From positions 258,948 through 322,947 of the IMG/VR virus record IMGVR_UViG_3300021979_000001: DNA of 64,000 bases; one strand, given 5' to 3'. A model generated the notes under the pieces. It was not told the DNA's origin. It did not search any database and saw only the letters and a list, made by a program, of their open reading frames with translations. Shown in pieces: positions 1-11,282 of this stretch; positions within the stretch are counted from its first letter, which is position 1; each line of letters begins with the position of its first letter. The DNA comes from a virus (Duplodnaviria > Heunggongvirae > Uroviricota > Caudoviricetes). Both the position numbers and the translations under genes were made by a program.

Positions 1-1
1 G

Positions 2-160
2 ATTGGCAGCTTTGTCATTGTCCCAATGGATGATGACGCAAGTTTTGGGGATGGGTTCGAAGTGCATTGTCGGGCAGATGAATTGTTTATTTCTACCGCA
101 CAAGTCACTGATGTATCTATCATTAATGCGAATACTGCAACGAATTTGAGAATTAAATGA
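2..160 (+). CDS. 3' end of upstream structural gene (probable baseplate wedge subunit), partial
   Basis: Open frame ...IGSFVIVPMDDDASFGDGFEVHCRADELFISTAQVTDVSIINANTATNLRIK*; its TGA overlaps the ATG of the giant gene (ATGA at 157-160). Product inferred from context. Confidence 0.6.
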   Translation: MGSFVIVPMDDDASFGDGFEVHCRADELFISTAQVTDVSIINANTATNLRIK

Positions 161-3100
161 CAGAAAAAAGAAGAATTATAGATCAGCTTCCCGTTGTTCA
201 CCAAACAGAAACGTTGCGTAAGTTTTTTGCCGCAACCGCCGATCATTTATTTCAACCTGGTAAATCAACCCCATTCAGTGGATATATCGGGAGAAAACCG
301 TCGTATTTTGATCCATATAAGGATTTTTACGTAACTGAACCAACGGCGTTGCGTCAAGCATACCAGCTTGAACCAGCGATGTTAAGCTACGATTCATCGG
401 CAACGATCAATCAAATTCTCTTTTATGAGGATATGGTTAACAGTATTCGTGCAAATGGCGGTAATATTGATAACCAAAGTCGTTTATTTGATTCTGAATA
501 TTATTCGTGGGCACCACCGGTCGATCTCGATAAGCTGTGTAACCCGTCGCAATATTTCTGGGTTGGTAATCGAGCAGAAATTCCCACAGTAACCATGACA
601 TCACCATCATTAACACATCTTGGTGATGGTATACGCAATCAGTTTGCGATCCCCGACGTTATCCCAGGAATCGAACCTGCCCGCGAACACATCCAGGTAT
701 TTGTTGATGGTAGATCGGTAACCTTTACCCTTGTTTCCGGCGAAGTTGTTACGGACGAGGTGCCAAATTCTGGATCAATGATTACAGTGCTTCGCTACGG
801 TGATCTCAATCTGTTGTTAACTGGCTTACCCAATATTGACCCATCATACTTTACGGATCAAACAACGTATCTAACCAATGGCATGCAAGTGGTTCTGGTT
901 GATGGTGAAACCATGTTTAGTGGTTTCGATATGCAGCCATTTGATGAAATCACGTTACCAAACCTTTTGGAAGGTCAATTCGATATTGGTGAAACACCAG
1001 ATGATGACTATTCGTTCGATCATACGCCATTTGATATTGGATTTGACCAATATCCGTTTGATACCGGAGCAACAAAAGCATACGAATTATCCGGGGTTGG
1101 TGAAGCAATTGCCCTAATCGAAATCGATCTGACCGAAAATCATGAACCGCGATATGTGGTAATGGATCGGGGGGCACGTGATGGCAACCCATGGTCTGCA
1201 AATAATTATTGGGTCCATAAAGACGCCATTTCCTGGGCGGGATCAGTAATATCGTCAAACCAAGCTACTCGCCCGATTATTGAATTTAACGGCAATATGA
1301 AATTATGGAATTACGGTTCACAAAAACTGAACCCGGTTCAATCAACATTATTTGATGATATAACAGTCATATTTGCTGGCGAACCATTAGTTCTTGATTT
1401 CGGTGATTTTATTGGTAATACCGTTTCGCAAGTCCAATTGGATAATCCACCATCTACTGTTATGCTTGATGGCGGATATTCCCCGGTTAATGGGGATCGT
1501 ATCCTTGTGCAAACCGAAACCTACCAAGGAATTTATGAAGCAAAAATATCCACCATTAATGATAATGGTGTGAAATTAATATTAACTTTCGAACTAACCG
1601 ATGATAACGTTGATATTGGTTCGATGGTAATAACCTCAATTGGTAGCTACTGGTATGATGGTGTCGAATGGCTGGCTAGTCAATCATTTGATGCTATTCC
1701 CCTTTTTGATCTGTTTGATGCTAATGGTAACTCTCTTGGTGATCAAAGCGTGTATCCGGGCAGCACATTTGCTGGTAGCCCGGTATTTTCGTATGCAATC
1801 ACCGATACCGCTACAACAGATAGTGTTTTGGGTCTGTCTTTACGTCGTAATGACTATGGACAAATCATGTTTGAAAATCATCTTGGCACTAAATCATATG
1901 AATATGATGGTGGAGCCATTCTTGGTTACAAATATTATCTTAATGATGGTGGTTTTGGTAATATGTGGCATTTGGCCGAAAAGCCAACATCACAAACTGA
2001 AACCGATGGTATTGCAACCATTCCGTTGAATTTGCAGGCAAACCCAGATAATGAAGAAGTAACTTTTATTTCTCGCAACCAGTGGTTCCAGCATTTCAAT
2101 TCAATTTTTGAAAATCAAGATGGATTTACCGGCCAACCATATGCGTCTAACAACTGGCGAGATACGGCAAAAGATTTAAGTCGCGGAACAAGCATTCTTC
2201 AACATCGTTCGCCGATGTTGAAAACAATGTTACTTGCCAGCGATGACCGGTTCGATATTCTTGATGCCATTCGATATGTTGAACAGGAATATAATCGATT
2301 CCGTGCCAAATTTACGCAGAAAATTGTTGATTTGAATAACATCGGGGAATTGGATGAAAATAATTCCGCCGACGAATGGGTAGATGCGATTCTAACATCG
2401 TTGAAAACAAACAAGACAAATGATTTTCCATTTGCGTTTTCATCCATGGCCGGGGATAATAATTTTATTCCGGCAACTCCGGCATCTTTTGGGTTATTGC
2501 AGTGTAGCCGCCCCGCTATTGTAACAGACAACACTTATACCACACCGGTTAATTTGATACGGTGTCATGATGGTAGCTTATTGCCCGCATTTAACGATTT
2601 GCGCGACAACATTATTCTGGCCCTGGAACAGCGCATATTTGACAATATCCCGGATAACTTTAAAGATGAAAGTCGCCCGGTATTTGATATTGCCCAATAT
2701 ATTGAAACCAAGTTTTTCAAACCGGAAACCGGATATACCCGCGCTGAATTTATTTCAATGATCGGCGTTCGTGGGGAACGGTGGGCACAATCCAACAGCC
2801 TTGATTATCGCACCAATGAAAGTTTTGATGAAACCAATCCGTTTACCTGGAATTATCGTGGAACGCTTGACTTGGATGGTGAACAAACACCAGGTCATTG
2901 GCGCGCAATCTATCGCTGGTTTTTCGATACAGATCGTCCGCATTTAACCCCTTGGGAAATGCTAGGTTTTAGTATGGCCCCGACATGGTGGGTTACAACT
3001 TATGGCACCGATTGGAGCCGTAATAACACCACCTTGTGGGATCATTTAGAACAAGGATATATTGCAGCAGGCGAACGGATGGGCATTGATGCTCGATACA

Positions 3101-6100
3101 GCCGCCCCGGACTATCCCGCATCATACCGGTAGATGGATCGGGTAAACTTATTGATCCGATTACTGCCGGAATTTTCCCAACTGCCCCAACCGTGCAACA
3201 AGCACAAAAGGCATGGGTCATGGGGGATCAAGGGCCAGTTGAAAATCTATGGATGCACACGCCGGGATACCGGTATTCCTTAGCTAGTATTGCATATCTG
3301 ATGAAACCGGTTCGCTTTGTGTCACAAGGATGGGATAGCGAAAATTTCAAACTGGTTCATGGATCACAATGGGTTAACGATTCTGATATTCGATCACAAG
3401 TCAAATCATTGTATGTGCATGGTGAATTGCATGATGATGGGCATCGTGTGATACATCTTGGTATTCAGCAATGGATTGCCGACATGATGGTGTCACGCGG
3501 CCAGAATGTGGATATTCTAGGCCAGGCATTGCGTGGAACCGTTGTTCGGCTTGCACATAAAGTGGCTGGGTTCACGTCAACCGATAATATGAGCGTGGTT
3601 GCAGATAACTTTGGTTTGGTGCCAAGTGAAGATATTACAATTGATCTTTATCAAAGCCCATCGATCCGAGAAGAATTTTATAGCGGTGTGTTGATTGAAT
3701 GGGTCGGCACCGGGTGGCGCGTAATTGGGTATGATGCATCTTATCCCGAATTTAAGATGTATGACCCGGATCGCAGTGGACCAAAATATATCATTTCCCT
3801 TGATAATAGCACACAGCCCGTTATCAACCCGTGGCGACCAAATGTGTTTTACACAGCCAACTCGTATGTTGAATTTAATGGATCGGTATATACAAGTAAT
3901 CGTAGTCATACTTCTGGGTCCAGTTTTGAACAGGAATTTTGGACTGCCGCACCAGGTGTTCATGCCTCGACAGCCCCGAAAGTGACAAAATATGGTCGAT
4001 ATACTGATGATATTATTGTCGTTCCATACGGGACTGTATTTGCTACACGCCAAGAGGTTTCAGACTTTATGCTGGGATATGAACAATATCTCATTGCACA
4101 GGGCTGGAAATTTAATGATGTGGATGACAATTCGATTCCTAAAGACTTTACCGCATCAGTCCGCGAATATTTGTCATGGTCACAAGTTCAGTGGGCCGAA
4201 GGAAATTTTGTAACCCTGTCACCGATAGCAGATCGGGTTGTGTTTGAAACAACACATGGGATGATTCTGAACACAGAACGCACATCTAATGGCATTTACG
4301 GTATGGTTAACCGCACCGGGAATGCAATTAATGCCAATGATACGACCGTGACCCGAATTGATGGTAATATCGAAATGGTAAGCCGTTATGGTGACATTTA
4401 TGGTGCGCGTGTTCGTATTAATGAAATCGAACATATTATGGTGTTCGCAAACATCACAATATTTGATGATATTATTTACCAGCCATTATTCAACCTTCGT
4501 CAACCCCGGTTACGCGTGCTTGCGCAACGCACGAGCGATTGGCTAGGACGGTTGGATGCCCCAGGGTATGTTCTGATTGATAATCAAATTACACCTAACT
4601 TCGATAAGCAGGCAGAAGATGTCAGAACGATGTTTGACATCGAACAGGCGGACAATAAGCTGTTGCGTAACCATGCTCGTCATCTAATCGGGTATCAGGA
4701 ACGCAGTTATCTCGATGGTCTGATATTGTCTGACACACAACAGTTCGAATTTTACCAAGGGGTTATTCAGCAAAAAGGTGCGCCTGGCGTATTCAACAAA
4801 TTACAACGGTCCCAATATATCGGGCAGTCTCGTGATTTGAAATTCATGGAAGAATTCGCAATCCGCTTATCACAATATGGGGCGGTCGCATTAAATAATC
4901 GTCTTAGTTTCCAGATCAAGCATTCTGATACACGGCGTGATCCACAAGTAATCCTGTTTGGTAGTGCCGCTGTTCGAGATGACGAAATTAATCTTACCGG
5001 GGATGATACTCGCTGGGTTGATCGGCCAGATGTTATCAGCAACGCATTTAGCCAACGCGACACATTTGATAATGTTGAAACCGATTTACCTACTGCTGGA
5101 CCGGTTCGTTTAACCGAAGTTGATCATACAACATTTAACCGGGACGGTGTATCCAGTCTTGAAATCGGTCATGGCGACCGTATTTGGATTTATGATCATT
5201 TGGGCACTTGGGACGTAGTTCGCGGGTTTTATCCAAGTGTAGATGACACTGAAAACAACGTCACCCATATTGATACTACAGCCGAAGATGAAAACGTAAC
5301 AGGAAGCCGTATCTACTTCGAGAATGCAACTGGGCTTACCAATAACATTATTGGTAAACAAATTGTATTCACAACTGAAACTTATACCACACCCGATCTA
5401 ATTGGGGTTCATGATATTGTTTCTGTTGGGAGTAATTGGATTGAAATAGATAACGGGGATGCTGGATATAATTTTGTCGATAATCCAGAAACGATACCAC
5501 CATCTGTGTTGGTTCTGCATTCAATGCGCGAAACAACGGCCCCAATAATTGATGGTGACCTTTACTACGATACAACCAACGAAGCATGGTTTGTTTCGCA
5601 AGTGGTTTCCGGTGTAAAAACCGTCATTCGAAATCGCCCATTCAAAATGAACTCGGCGGTATTCAAGCACGCCTTGATTTATGACCTTGAAAGTAAGATC
5701 ATTGATCAGCGATTAATGAGTGAACCACTTGTTGTCGATCACTTGAATATCATCGATCCTGTTTCTGGTTTTATTCCTGGAACCGCTGAACGTGAATTAA
5801 CATTCAAAAGTGAATTTGATCCAGCCAGCTATAATACAGGATCAGCGTTAACCCGTCCGGGAATGGCATGGGGTCCAACCCAAGTTGGGCAGTTGTGGTG
5901 GGATATGTCAACCGCTCGTTTTCTTGAAGTGGAAACCGACACTTTTACCGGTGATGTTACCCGTGATTCTGCCGAAATGCTATATCGATCAACATATTGG
6001 GGACAACTGGCACCCGGATCGTCAATTGACGTATATGAATGGGTGCGTTCCGATGTGCCGCCCGCTGATTGGACTACCAATTCCATCACCGACGCCACCG

Positions 6101-9100
6101 GCACATATGAAGGCGAGGTATATGGTGGGCAGGATAATGCCGCATGGGTCGAACGGATGGAATACGATTCCAACCAAGATAAACTGACAACGGTGTATTA
6201 TTTTTGGGTTAAAGGTCGCACAACAACGCCATATATTGCAGATCGCAAAATTGATGCCACCACGGTAGCACGTCTTATAAGCAATCCTGCGGCCCTGGAT
6301 ATTCCATGGATTGCCGCGATTGCACCGAATGCCGTTATTGTTGGTGGTGTGCAGCAATTCCTTAATGATACAGGAACAGTGTTGCAAATTGATCAGCGTA
6401 TCGGTGATCATGACAGCAATACACATGCCCAATATATGCTAATGCGCCCAAATGATTCTCGCTCACTTCCGCCAGAATGGCTATGGAACAAAATGCGGGA
6501 TAGTTTGGTCATGTTTGATGATTATTTGCGGCCTGTCCCTGATACAACATTGCATGTAACCCATCGCACCGGTATTCAACGGCAACCGCGCCAAAGCATG
6601 TTTGATACCGCGAATAATGGCGTTTTAAATGCGAGGCAGTCATTTGTTGGCTATTTGAATTATGTTTTTTCCCAGGATCGGTATCTAAGTATTCGCCCTG
6701 AAATTCTGACTGCATTCGATGCGGTGGATGAACCGGGTGATTATTTGTCATGGTCTAGTGAAGTTTCGGTTACTGTTCCGCCTATGCCGCGACCAGTAGA
6801 TTATGACTATAAAGTGAAAAGTATCGAAGAACGTGATAAACTTTTATTAACCGATGATTTCATTACAGCAATGTCTCGTAATGAAACTCGGCGTGTTCTG
6901 GTTGATGGCCTTAACGATACTTACCCCAATTGGAGCGTTTGGGTATTTGATCCAAATAATGTTGTTGGCCTTCCAGATGCAAATGATGTCGGGTTTGCTG
7001 TTATCATGCTATCTCTGGCAAATGATGTTTATCGTTTGGCGAAAAGTTATGATTATCAAGTTGAAACAATTGTGGATCGAAATGCATTAACCCCCGAAGT
7101 CGGTGACCGCGTATTAGTCAATGGCACAAAGGATACTGGATGGTTCTGGACGGTCTATGCATATGCGCCTGATCACGAGGATGCCGATGCAAACGGTTAT
7201 GTGTTATCACGTTGGCAGCAATTCGATTGTAATGATTTTTGGGAAGCGGTTGATTGGTATGCAGCCGGATATGGTGTGAACGATGCCCCGGCTGTTCATT
7301 ATCCATCCTTGTCCGCCCGAAATGCTGCCGAAGGTCAAGAACCGATTAACACATTTGTCCAGGTAGACAATGATGGATCGGGAAATTGGGCTTGGACCAA
7401 ATTTGAAGATGGCTTCTGGAATGTCGTTGGGGCTGGTAATGCGACACTTAAACTATCGGATGCATTTTATGATGTTTCTCGTGAGTTGGTTGGTGTTTCT
7501 GCATTCGATGGGGACAAAGTATCTAACCGAGACGGTAGCTTTGAACTTCGTGTCATGATGGACCAGTTACGGGCTGTAATTTTGACTGATTTGGAAATCA
7601 ATCAAACATTTTTCAGTATGCTTCACTTCATCCATTCGCAACAGGATCAGGTGGATTGGGTGTTCAAGACATCATTCTTGTCCGTTGGCGGATACAACGA
7701 ACCATTGATACAAACACCGGTAGAACAACCAGACAACACCCAGGATTTACTTGATTACATCGATGAAGTGAAACCATATCGGGTAAAAACACGTGATTTT
7801 GTTCGATCAATGACACCGAACCGGGATGATGCACTTGTGCATGTCACCGATTTTGATAAACCAATTTATTATGATTCGGCTCTTGGTCGGTATCGTCGTC
7901 TTGATCCATCAAAACCTGTTGACCTGGAAATTCTGACAACCCGCCAACCATGGAAAGATTGGTATGATGCGTTGATCAATAATCCCGAATTATTGCGCAA
8001 CGTCAAAGGTTCGATCAAGTTTGACCGGGTTACCGGGGATGATCAACCAACGTATTCTATCATCACAAGTGGTGATATGCTCGATACCCCAGATATGGTC
8101 ATCGAAGGCAGTGATGCAGATGATGCAGAATGGTTAATCAATCCGAATGCAAACGATTTGCGGCTACGTGATCCACATGCAAGTGGTCATCCAGAAGAAT
8201 TGATGCCTATTAAAAGCAATGATGGGCTATCTATCATTGTTAATTCCGAAGGGACAACCGGCAACCCGGATCATATCGTTCGTGTGTTTGATACAACATC
8301 AAGCATGGGTGATACCGCAAAACTAAGTATGGGTAGTATCCCACAAAGTTCTGATGCAGTTGCCGTGTTCCGTGATGGCATTCGTGCAACAGAACTCGAT
8401 GATTACACTATTGATCATTTTAATCGAGAAGTTACCGTTAATCTTGATTATGGTTCGGATCGTGCATCTCGAATTGTTATTCATTCGATGACATCCGGTG
8501 GAGCAACCGCTGTTGATGAAGAACATTATTACAATTTTGACGTTGATCTCAATTTTGAACTTGATACCGAGCCAAACGGTCGTCATGTTATTGTAATGGT
8601 TAATGGAGAAGAAGCATCTTATACAATATCTGGGACAACAGTAACACTGGATCATACCCCGGAATTGAATAGCGATGTTATGATTACCATGTTTGGGTAT
8701 GGTTCAAACTTTGATGTTCCCGAAGTCGGTTTTGATCAGGCCCCGTTTGATCAAACAGATGTCGTATTGGATGACTCTGAAATACGTGTTTACGTTGAAG
8801 ATTTAACATATAACGCAAACCAAACCTGGACCCTCGCTCACCCAAGTGACCAGCATGGTCCCGAACATGCAACGACGATAGTTGAAGTCGATGGTTTGCG
8901 CATTATGCCACCTGAAACGCATTATGTGAATATCACGTCTCAATTCCGCGTCATTGAACTTAACCGGAAACCAGATGATGTTAATAACATCGTAATCTGG
9001 ATTAATGGCGAACAGTATTCCGGTGGAATTGCGTATAATTCTGAATGGTCATCTATTTCAGATTTAATGTCGGATGACAACGTAACCGATAGTTTTGCCG

Positions 9101-10326
9101 TGTATGATCACTATCTGGTATGTGTTGACATGTCTATCCAGGCATATGTTATCGCAACATTGGAAGAAGATAACGATTACACTGTGAAAAATGGGGTTCT
9201 TACCATTGTTCCAAATGTGTCCAATGCAAATAACATCAAGGTGACAACATTCACCAATAATCAATTGATGTTTATTAAAACGGTCACATTCTATGGTAAT
9301 AATACAACGGAAATCAAATTTGACTTGGGTGTTGATGACGATCACGTATGGGCAAATAAAAATGGATTGTTGATTAATCCATCAATTGATTTTGGCACAA
9401 AGTTGGAGACATTAGGATTTGATCAACATGGGTTCGATACCCGTGGATTTGATGATGCGGTTGCCGATCCGTCATTAGTTTTCCCGGTTGCACAAAAATT
9501 CGATGACCGATTTGTGTTCACTACGTTTGGTGGCGTTGATGCCCGCAAGGCTAAATCATGGCTGACTGCGACAACTACCCCGACAAATAGTCGTATGACG
9601 CCTATTGTTCTGAAATCTGATTTCGATGTCGTTGGGTTTGATACTGAACCATTTGATTCTCCGGTTCGGGTTCGTGCCCAATCTTCACTAGGGGTTCGTG
9701 GTGTATTCCACATGAATAATACGTGGGAAACAGTATCCCTTGATGATTCAACTGCGATGACCCTGGTTAATGATTTGGACGATGATGCGAATGAAATTGT
9801 TGTTCGTGGCAATCCATTCAATATTTCACCAAAATTGTTAACAGAATATCCGTTTACCTTACCTTCTAGTGAAGGTGCGGGTGTAATCTGGATCAACGGC
9901 GAACGCATCGAATTTTTTGATTTTGATGTTTCCGGGGATACGTTCATTCTGACCGAATTGTGCCGTGGCACCCATAATACCCGTCTGGGGAATGAACAGC
10001 GCATTTCAACCATGGTTGCCGCAGATGGGGTTCAAACGACATTCACGTTGGAAAATGCATCCACCACATTACCGTTAGACATCGCAGTTATTAAAAACAC
10101 GGTAGACGGTAGTTCTGGTCAAGTTGTTTTTAGCCCAGTGTCATTGACTTCTGGGGTAGATTACAACGTAGTGCAAAATGGGAATAATATTGATGTGACC
10201 TTGGTTGATATTCCAGAAAACGGAAATTATGTCAGTCTCGCGCAAACAATTGGATATTCTCATTTGGCGGGGTCACTCGTTTATGATGGTTATCCCATAA
10301 TTAAGCGAGGTCAAGTCATCGCATAA
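157..10326 (+). CDS. giant virion structural protein (baseplate/tail-associated), 3389 aa
   Basis: Uninterrupted 10-kb ORF in a structural-gene context. CBM5/12-like motif WRPNVFY...VEFNGSVY...HTSGSSFEQEFW, repeated beta-rich 'V.VNG' modules and G/P-F-D repeats. Confidence 0.8.
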   Translation: MTEKRRIIDQLPVVHQTETLRKFFAATADHLFQPGKSTPFSGYIGRKPSYFDPYKDFYVTEPTALRQAYQLEPAMLSYDSSATINQILFYEDMVNSIRANGGNIDNQSRLFDSEYYSWAPPVDLDKLCNPSQYFWVGNRAEIPTVTMTSPSLTHLGDGIRNQFAIPDVIPGIEPAREHIQVFVDGRSVTFTLVSGEVVTDEVPNSGSMITVLRYGDLNLLLTGLPNIDPSYFTDQTTYLTNGMQVVLVDGETMFSGFDMQPFDEITLPNLLEGQFDIGETPDDDYSFDHTPFDIGFDQYPFDTGATKAYELSGVGEAIALIEIDLTENHEPRYVVMDRGARDGNPWSANNYWVHKDAISWAGSVISSNQATRPIIEFNGNMKLWNYGSQKLNPVQSTLFDDITVIFAGEPLVLDFGDFIGNTVSQVQLDNPPSTVMLDGGYSPVNGDRILVQTETYQGIYEAKISTINDNGVKLILTFELTDDNVDIGSMVITSIGSYWYDGVEWLASQSFDAIPLFDLFDANGNSLGDQSVYPGSTFAGSPVFSYAITDTATTDSVLGLSLRRNDYGQIMFENHLGTKSYEYDGGAILGYKYYLNDGGFGNMWHLAEKPTSQTETDGIATIPLNLQANPDNEEVTFISRNQWFQHFNSIFENQDGFTGQPYASNNWRDTAKDLSRGTSILQHRSPMLKTMLLASDDRFDILDAIRYVEQEYNRFRAKFTQKIVDLNNIGELDENNSADEWVDAILTSLKTNKTNDFPFAFSSMAGDNNFIPATPASFGLLQCSRPAIVTDNTYTTPVNLIRCHDGSLLPAFNDLRDNIILALEQRIFDNIPDNFKDESRPVFDIAQYIETKFFKPETGYTRAEFISMIGVRGERWAQSNSLDYRTNESFDETNPFTWNYRGTLDLDGEQTPGHWRAIYRWFFDTDRPHLTPWEMLGFSMAPTWWVTTYGTDWSRNNTTLWDHLEQGYIAAGERMGIDARYSRPGLSRIIPVDGSGKLIDPITAGIFPTAPTVQQAQKAWVMGDQGPVENLWMHTPGYRYSLASIAYLMKPVRFVSQGWDSENFKLVHGSQWVNDSDIRSQVKSLYVHGELHDDGHRVIHLGIQQWIADMMVSRGQNVDILGQALRGTVVRLAHKVAGFTSTDNMSVVADNFGLVPSEDITIDLYQSPSIREEFYSGVLIEWVGTGWRVIGYDASYPEFKMYDPDRSGPKYIISLDNSTQPVINPWRPNVFYTANSYVEFNGSVYTSNRSHTSGSSFEQEFWTAAPGVHASTAPKVTKYGRYTDDIIVVPYGTVFATRQEVSDFMLGYEQYLIAQGWKFNDVDDNSIPKDFTASVREYLSWSQVQWAEGNFVTLSPIADRVVFETTHGMILNTERTSNGIYGMVNRTGNAINANDTTVTRIDGNIEMVSRYGDIYGARVRINEIEHIMVFANITIFDDIIYQPLFNLRQPRLRVLAQRTSDWLGRLDAPGYVLIDNQITPNFDKQAEDVRTMFDIEQADNKLLRNHARHLIGYQERSYLDGLILSDTQQFEFYQGVIQQKGAPGVFNKLQRSQYIGQSRDLKFMEEFAIRLSQYGAVALNNRLSFQIKHSDTRRDPQVILFGSAAVRDDEINLTGDDTRWVDRPDVISNAFSQRDTFDNVETDLPTAGPVRLTEVDHTTFNRDGVSSLEIGHGDRIWIYDHLGTWDVVRGFYPSVDDTENNVTHIDTTAEDENVTGSRIYFENATGLTNNIIGKQIVFTTETYTTPDLIGVHDIVSVGSNWIEIDNGDAGYNFVDNPETIPPSVLVLHSMRETTAPIIDGDLYYDTTNEAWFVSQVVSGVKTVIRNRPFKMNSAVFKHALIYDLESKIIDQRLMSEPLVVDHLNIIDPVSGFIPGTAERELTFKSEFDPASYNTGSALTRPGMAWGPTQVGQLWWDMSTARFLEVETDTFTGDVTRDSAEMLYRSTYWGQLAPGSSIDVYEWVRSDVPPADWTTNSITDATGTYEGEVYGGQDNAAWVERMEYDSNQDKLTTVYYFWVKGRTTTPYIADRKIDATTVARLISNPAALDIPWIAAIAPNAVIVGGVQQFLNDTGTVLQIDQRIGDHDSNTHAQYMLMRPNDSRSLPPEWLWNKMRDSLVMFDDYLRPVPDTTLHVTHRTGIQRQPRQSMFDTANNGVLNARQSFVGYLNYVFSQDRYLSIRPEILTAFDAVDEPGDYLSWSSEVSVTVPPMPRPVDYDYKVKSIEERDKLLLTDDFITAMSRNETRRVLVDGLNDTYPNWSVWVFDPNNVVGLPDANDVGFAVIMLSLANDVYRLAKSYDYQVETIVDRNALTPEVGDRVLVNGTKDTGWFWTVYAYAPDHEDADANGYVLSRWQQFDCNDFWEAVDWYAAGYGVNDAPAVHYPSLSARNAAEGQEPINTFVQVDNDGSGNWAWTKFEDGFWNVVGAGNATLKLSDAFYDVSRELVGVSAFDGDKVSNRDGSFELRVMMDQLRAVILTDLEINQTFFSMLHFIHSQQDQVDWVFKTSFLSVGGYNEPLIQTPVEQPDNTQDLLDYIDEVKPYRVKTRDFVRSMTPNRDDALVHVTDFDKPIYYDSALGRYRRLDPSKPVDLEILTTRQPWKDWYDALINNPELLRNVKGSIKFDRVTGDDQPTYSIITSGDMLDTPDMVIEGSDADDAEWLINPNANDLRLRDPHASGHPEELMPIKSNDGLSIIVNSEGTTGNPDHIVRVFDTTSSMGDTAKLSMGSIPQSSDAVAVFRDGIRATELDDYTIDHFNREVTVNLDYGSDRASRIVIHSMTSGGATAVDEEHYYNFDVDLNFELDTEPNGRHVIVMVNGEEASYTISGTTVTLDHTPELNSDVMITMFGYGSNFDVPEVGFDQAPFDQTDVVLDDSEIRVYVEDLTYNANQTWTLAHPSDQHGPEHATTIVEVDGLRIMPPETHYVNITSQFRVIELNRKPDDVNNIVIWINGEQYSGGIAYNSEWSSISDLMSDDNVTDSFAVYDHYLVCVDMSIQAYVIATLEEDNDYTVKNGVLTIVPNVSNANNIKVTTFTNNQLMFIKTVTFYGNNTTEIKFDLGVDDDHVWANKNGLLINPSIDFGTKLETLGFDQHGFDTRGFDDAVADPSLVFPVAQKFDDRFVFTTFGGVDARKAKSWLTATTTPTNSRMTPIVLKSDFDVVGFDTEPFDSPVRVRAQSSLGVRGVFHMNNTWETVSLDDSTAMTLVNDLDDDANEIVVRGNPFNISPKLLTEYPFTLPSSEGAGVIWINGERIEFFDFDVSGDTFILTELCRGTHNTRLGNEQRISTMVAADGVQTTFTLENASTTLPLDIAVIKNTVDGSSGQVVFSPVSLTSGVDYNVVQNGNNIDVTLVDIPENGNYVSLAQTIGYSHLAGSLVYDGYPIIKRGQVIA

Positions 10327-10346
10327 CTACGTCGATATATTTCAAT

Positions 10347-10385
10347 AAAAAAGACCGGGTTGTATTTTCAGCCCGGTCTTTTTTT
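10347..10385 (+). terminator. rho-independent terminator
   Basis: AAAAAAGACCGGGTTG-TATTTT-CAGCCCGGTCTTTTTTT after the giant gene. Confidence 0.85.
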
Positions 10386-10443
10386 ATATCCAACGTTAAT
10401 AGGTAAATAAATAGATAAAACCAAGTTTATAGGCGTTTAATTT

Positions 10444-11136
10444 ATGACGATGGAAAGCACATACATCCAAACAATTGATCATATGTCAATTAATGACACC
10501 GATACCGGAGAAGCAATTGTCAGCAAACGTGGTCATTCACCACAAAATACGGATTCTTATGCAAGTATTCGCGCAGAAGGACATGTTTTAATTACTGATT
10601 CGGTATCCGGCGAAGTTATTCTTGATAAGAAAAATGCCATTCACTTTGAGAATTTTGCCGAAGCAATTGCGTTATGTATGGCTAATCGCCCGAAAGGCAA
10701 TATTCATGAAATGGTATTTGGTAATGGGGGATCAACGGTTGATGGAACTGGCGAATTGACATATTTTTTACCTAACACCACCGGGCAAGATTCAACATTA
10801 TATAATCCGACATATTCAAAAGTAGTTGATGATAATAGTCCGTTGAATGCAGACAAAACCAAAAACAATATTCGGGTTCAGCACACGCAGAATACCACAT
10901 TTGCGGATATTTTGATTACATGCACCCTTGATTATGGTGAGCCATCTGACCAGGACATTACGGATGATGCGGTAAATATGTCAGGAAAATATATTTTTGA
11001 CGAAATTGGAATTAGGTCGTTTGATACTGCAACAGGTAACGGGCGACTATTAACTCATGTAATATTTCATCCAGTTCAAAAATCACGAAATAGATCATTT
11101 GAAATTCTATATACAATACGAATTCTAATGGGCTAA
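10444..11136 (+). CDS. virion structural protein (baseplate/tail-fibre connector-like)
   Basis: 230 aa; C-terminal FDEIG...LLTHVIFHPVQKS.NR..EI.Y.IRI pattern typical of phage tail/baseplate proteins; TAAATA upstream (10402-10413). Confidence 0.65.
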   Translation: MTMESTYIQTIDHMSINDTDTGEAIVSKRGHSPQNTDSYASIRAEGHVLITDSVSGEVILDKKNAIHFENFAEAIALCMANRPKGNIHEMVFGNGGSTVDGTGELTYFLPNTTGQDSTLYNPTYSKVVDDNSPLNADKTKNNIRVQHTQNTTFADILITCTLDYGEPSDQDITDDAVNMSGKYIFDEIGIRSFDTATGNGRLLTHVIFHPVQKSRNRSFEILYTIRILMG

Positions 11137-11282
11137 TCATTTATTAATTTAGGTATATCGGAACTTAGTATGATATAAACAGTATATTAGTTTCGATATT
11201 GATATTTAATATGTGAATAAACACTAAATACAATTATTACCCGAAACAATTAAAAAGACGGGATAGGAGATTTTTTAAACCG

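Noticed and set aside
878-10013. Many short nested or antisense ORFs inside the giant gene (and similar ones inside nadV and other long genes)
   Set aside because: These are shadow ORFs expected from codon bias and have no independent signals.
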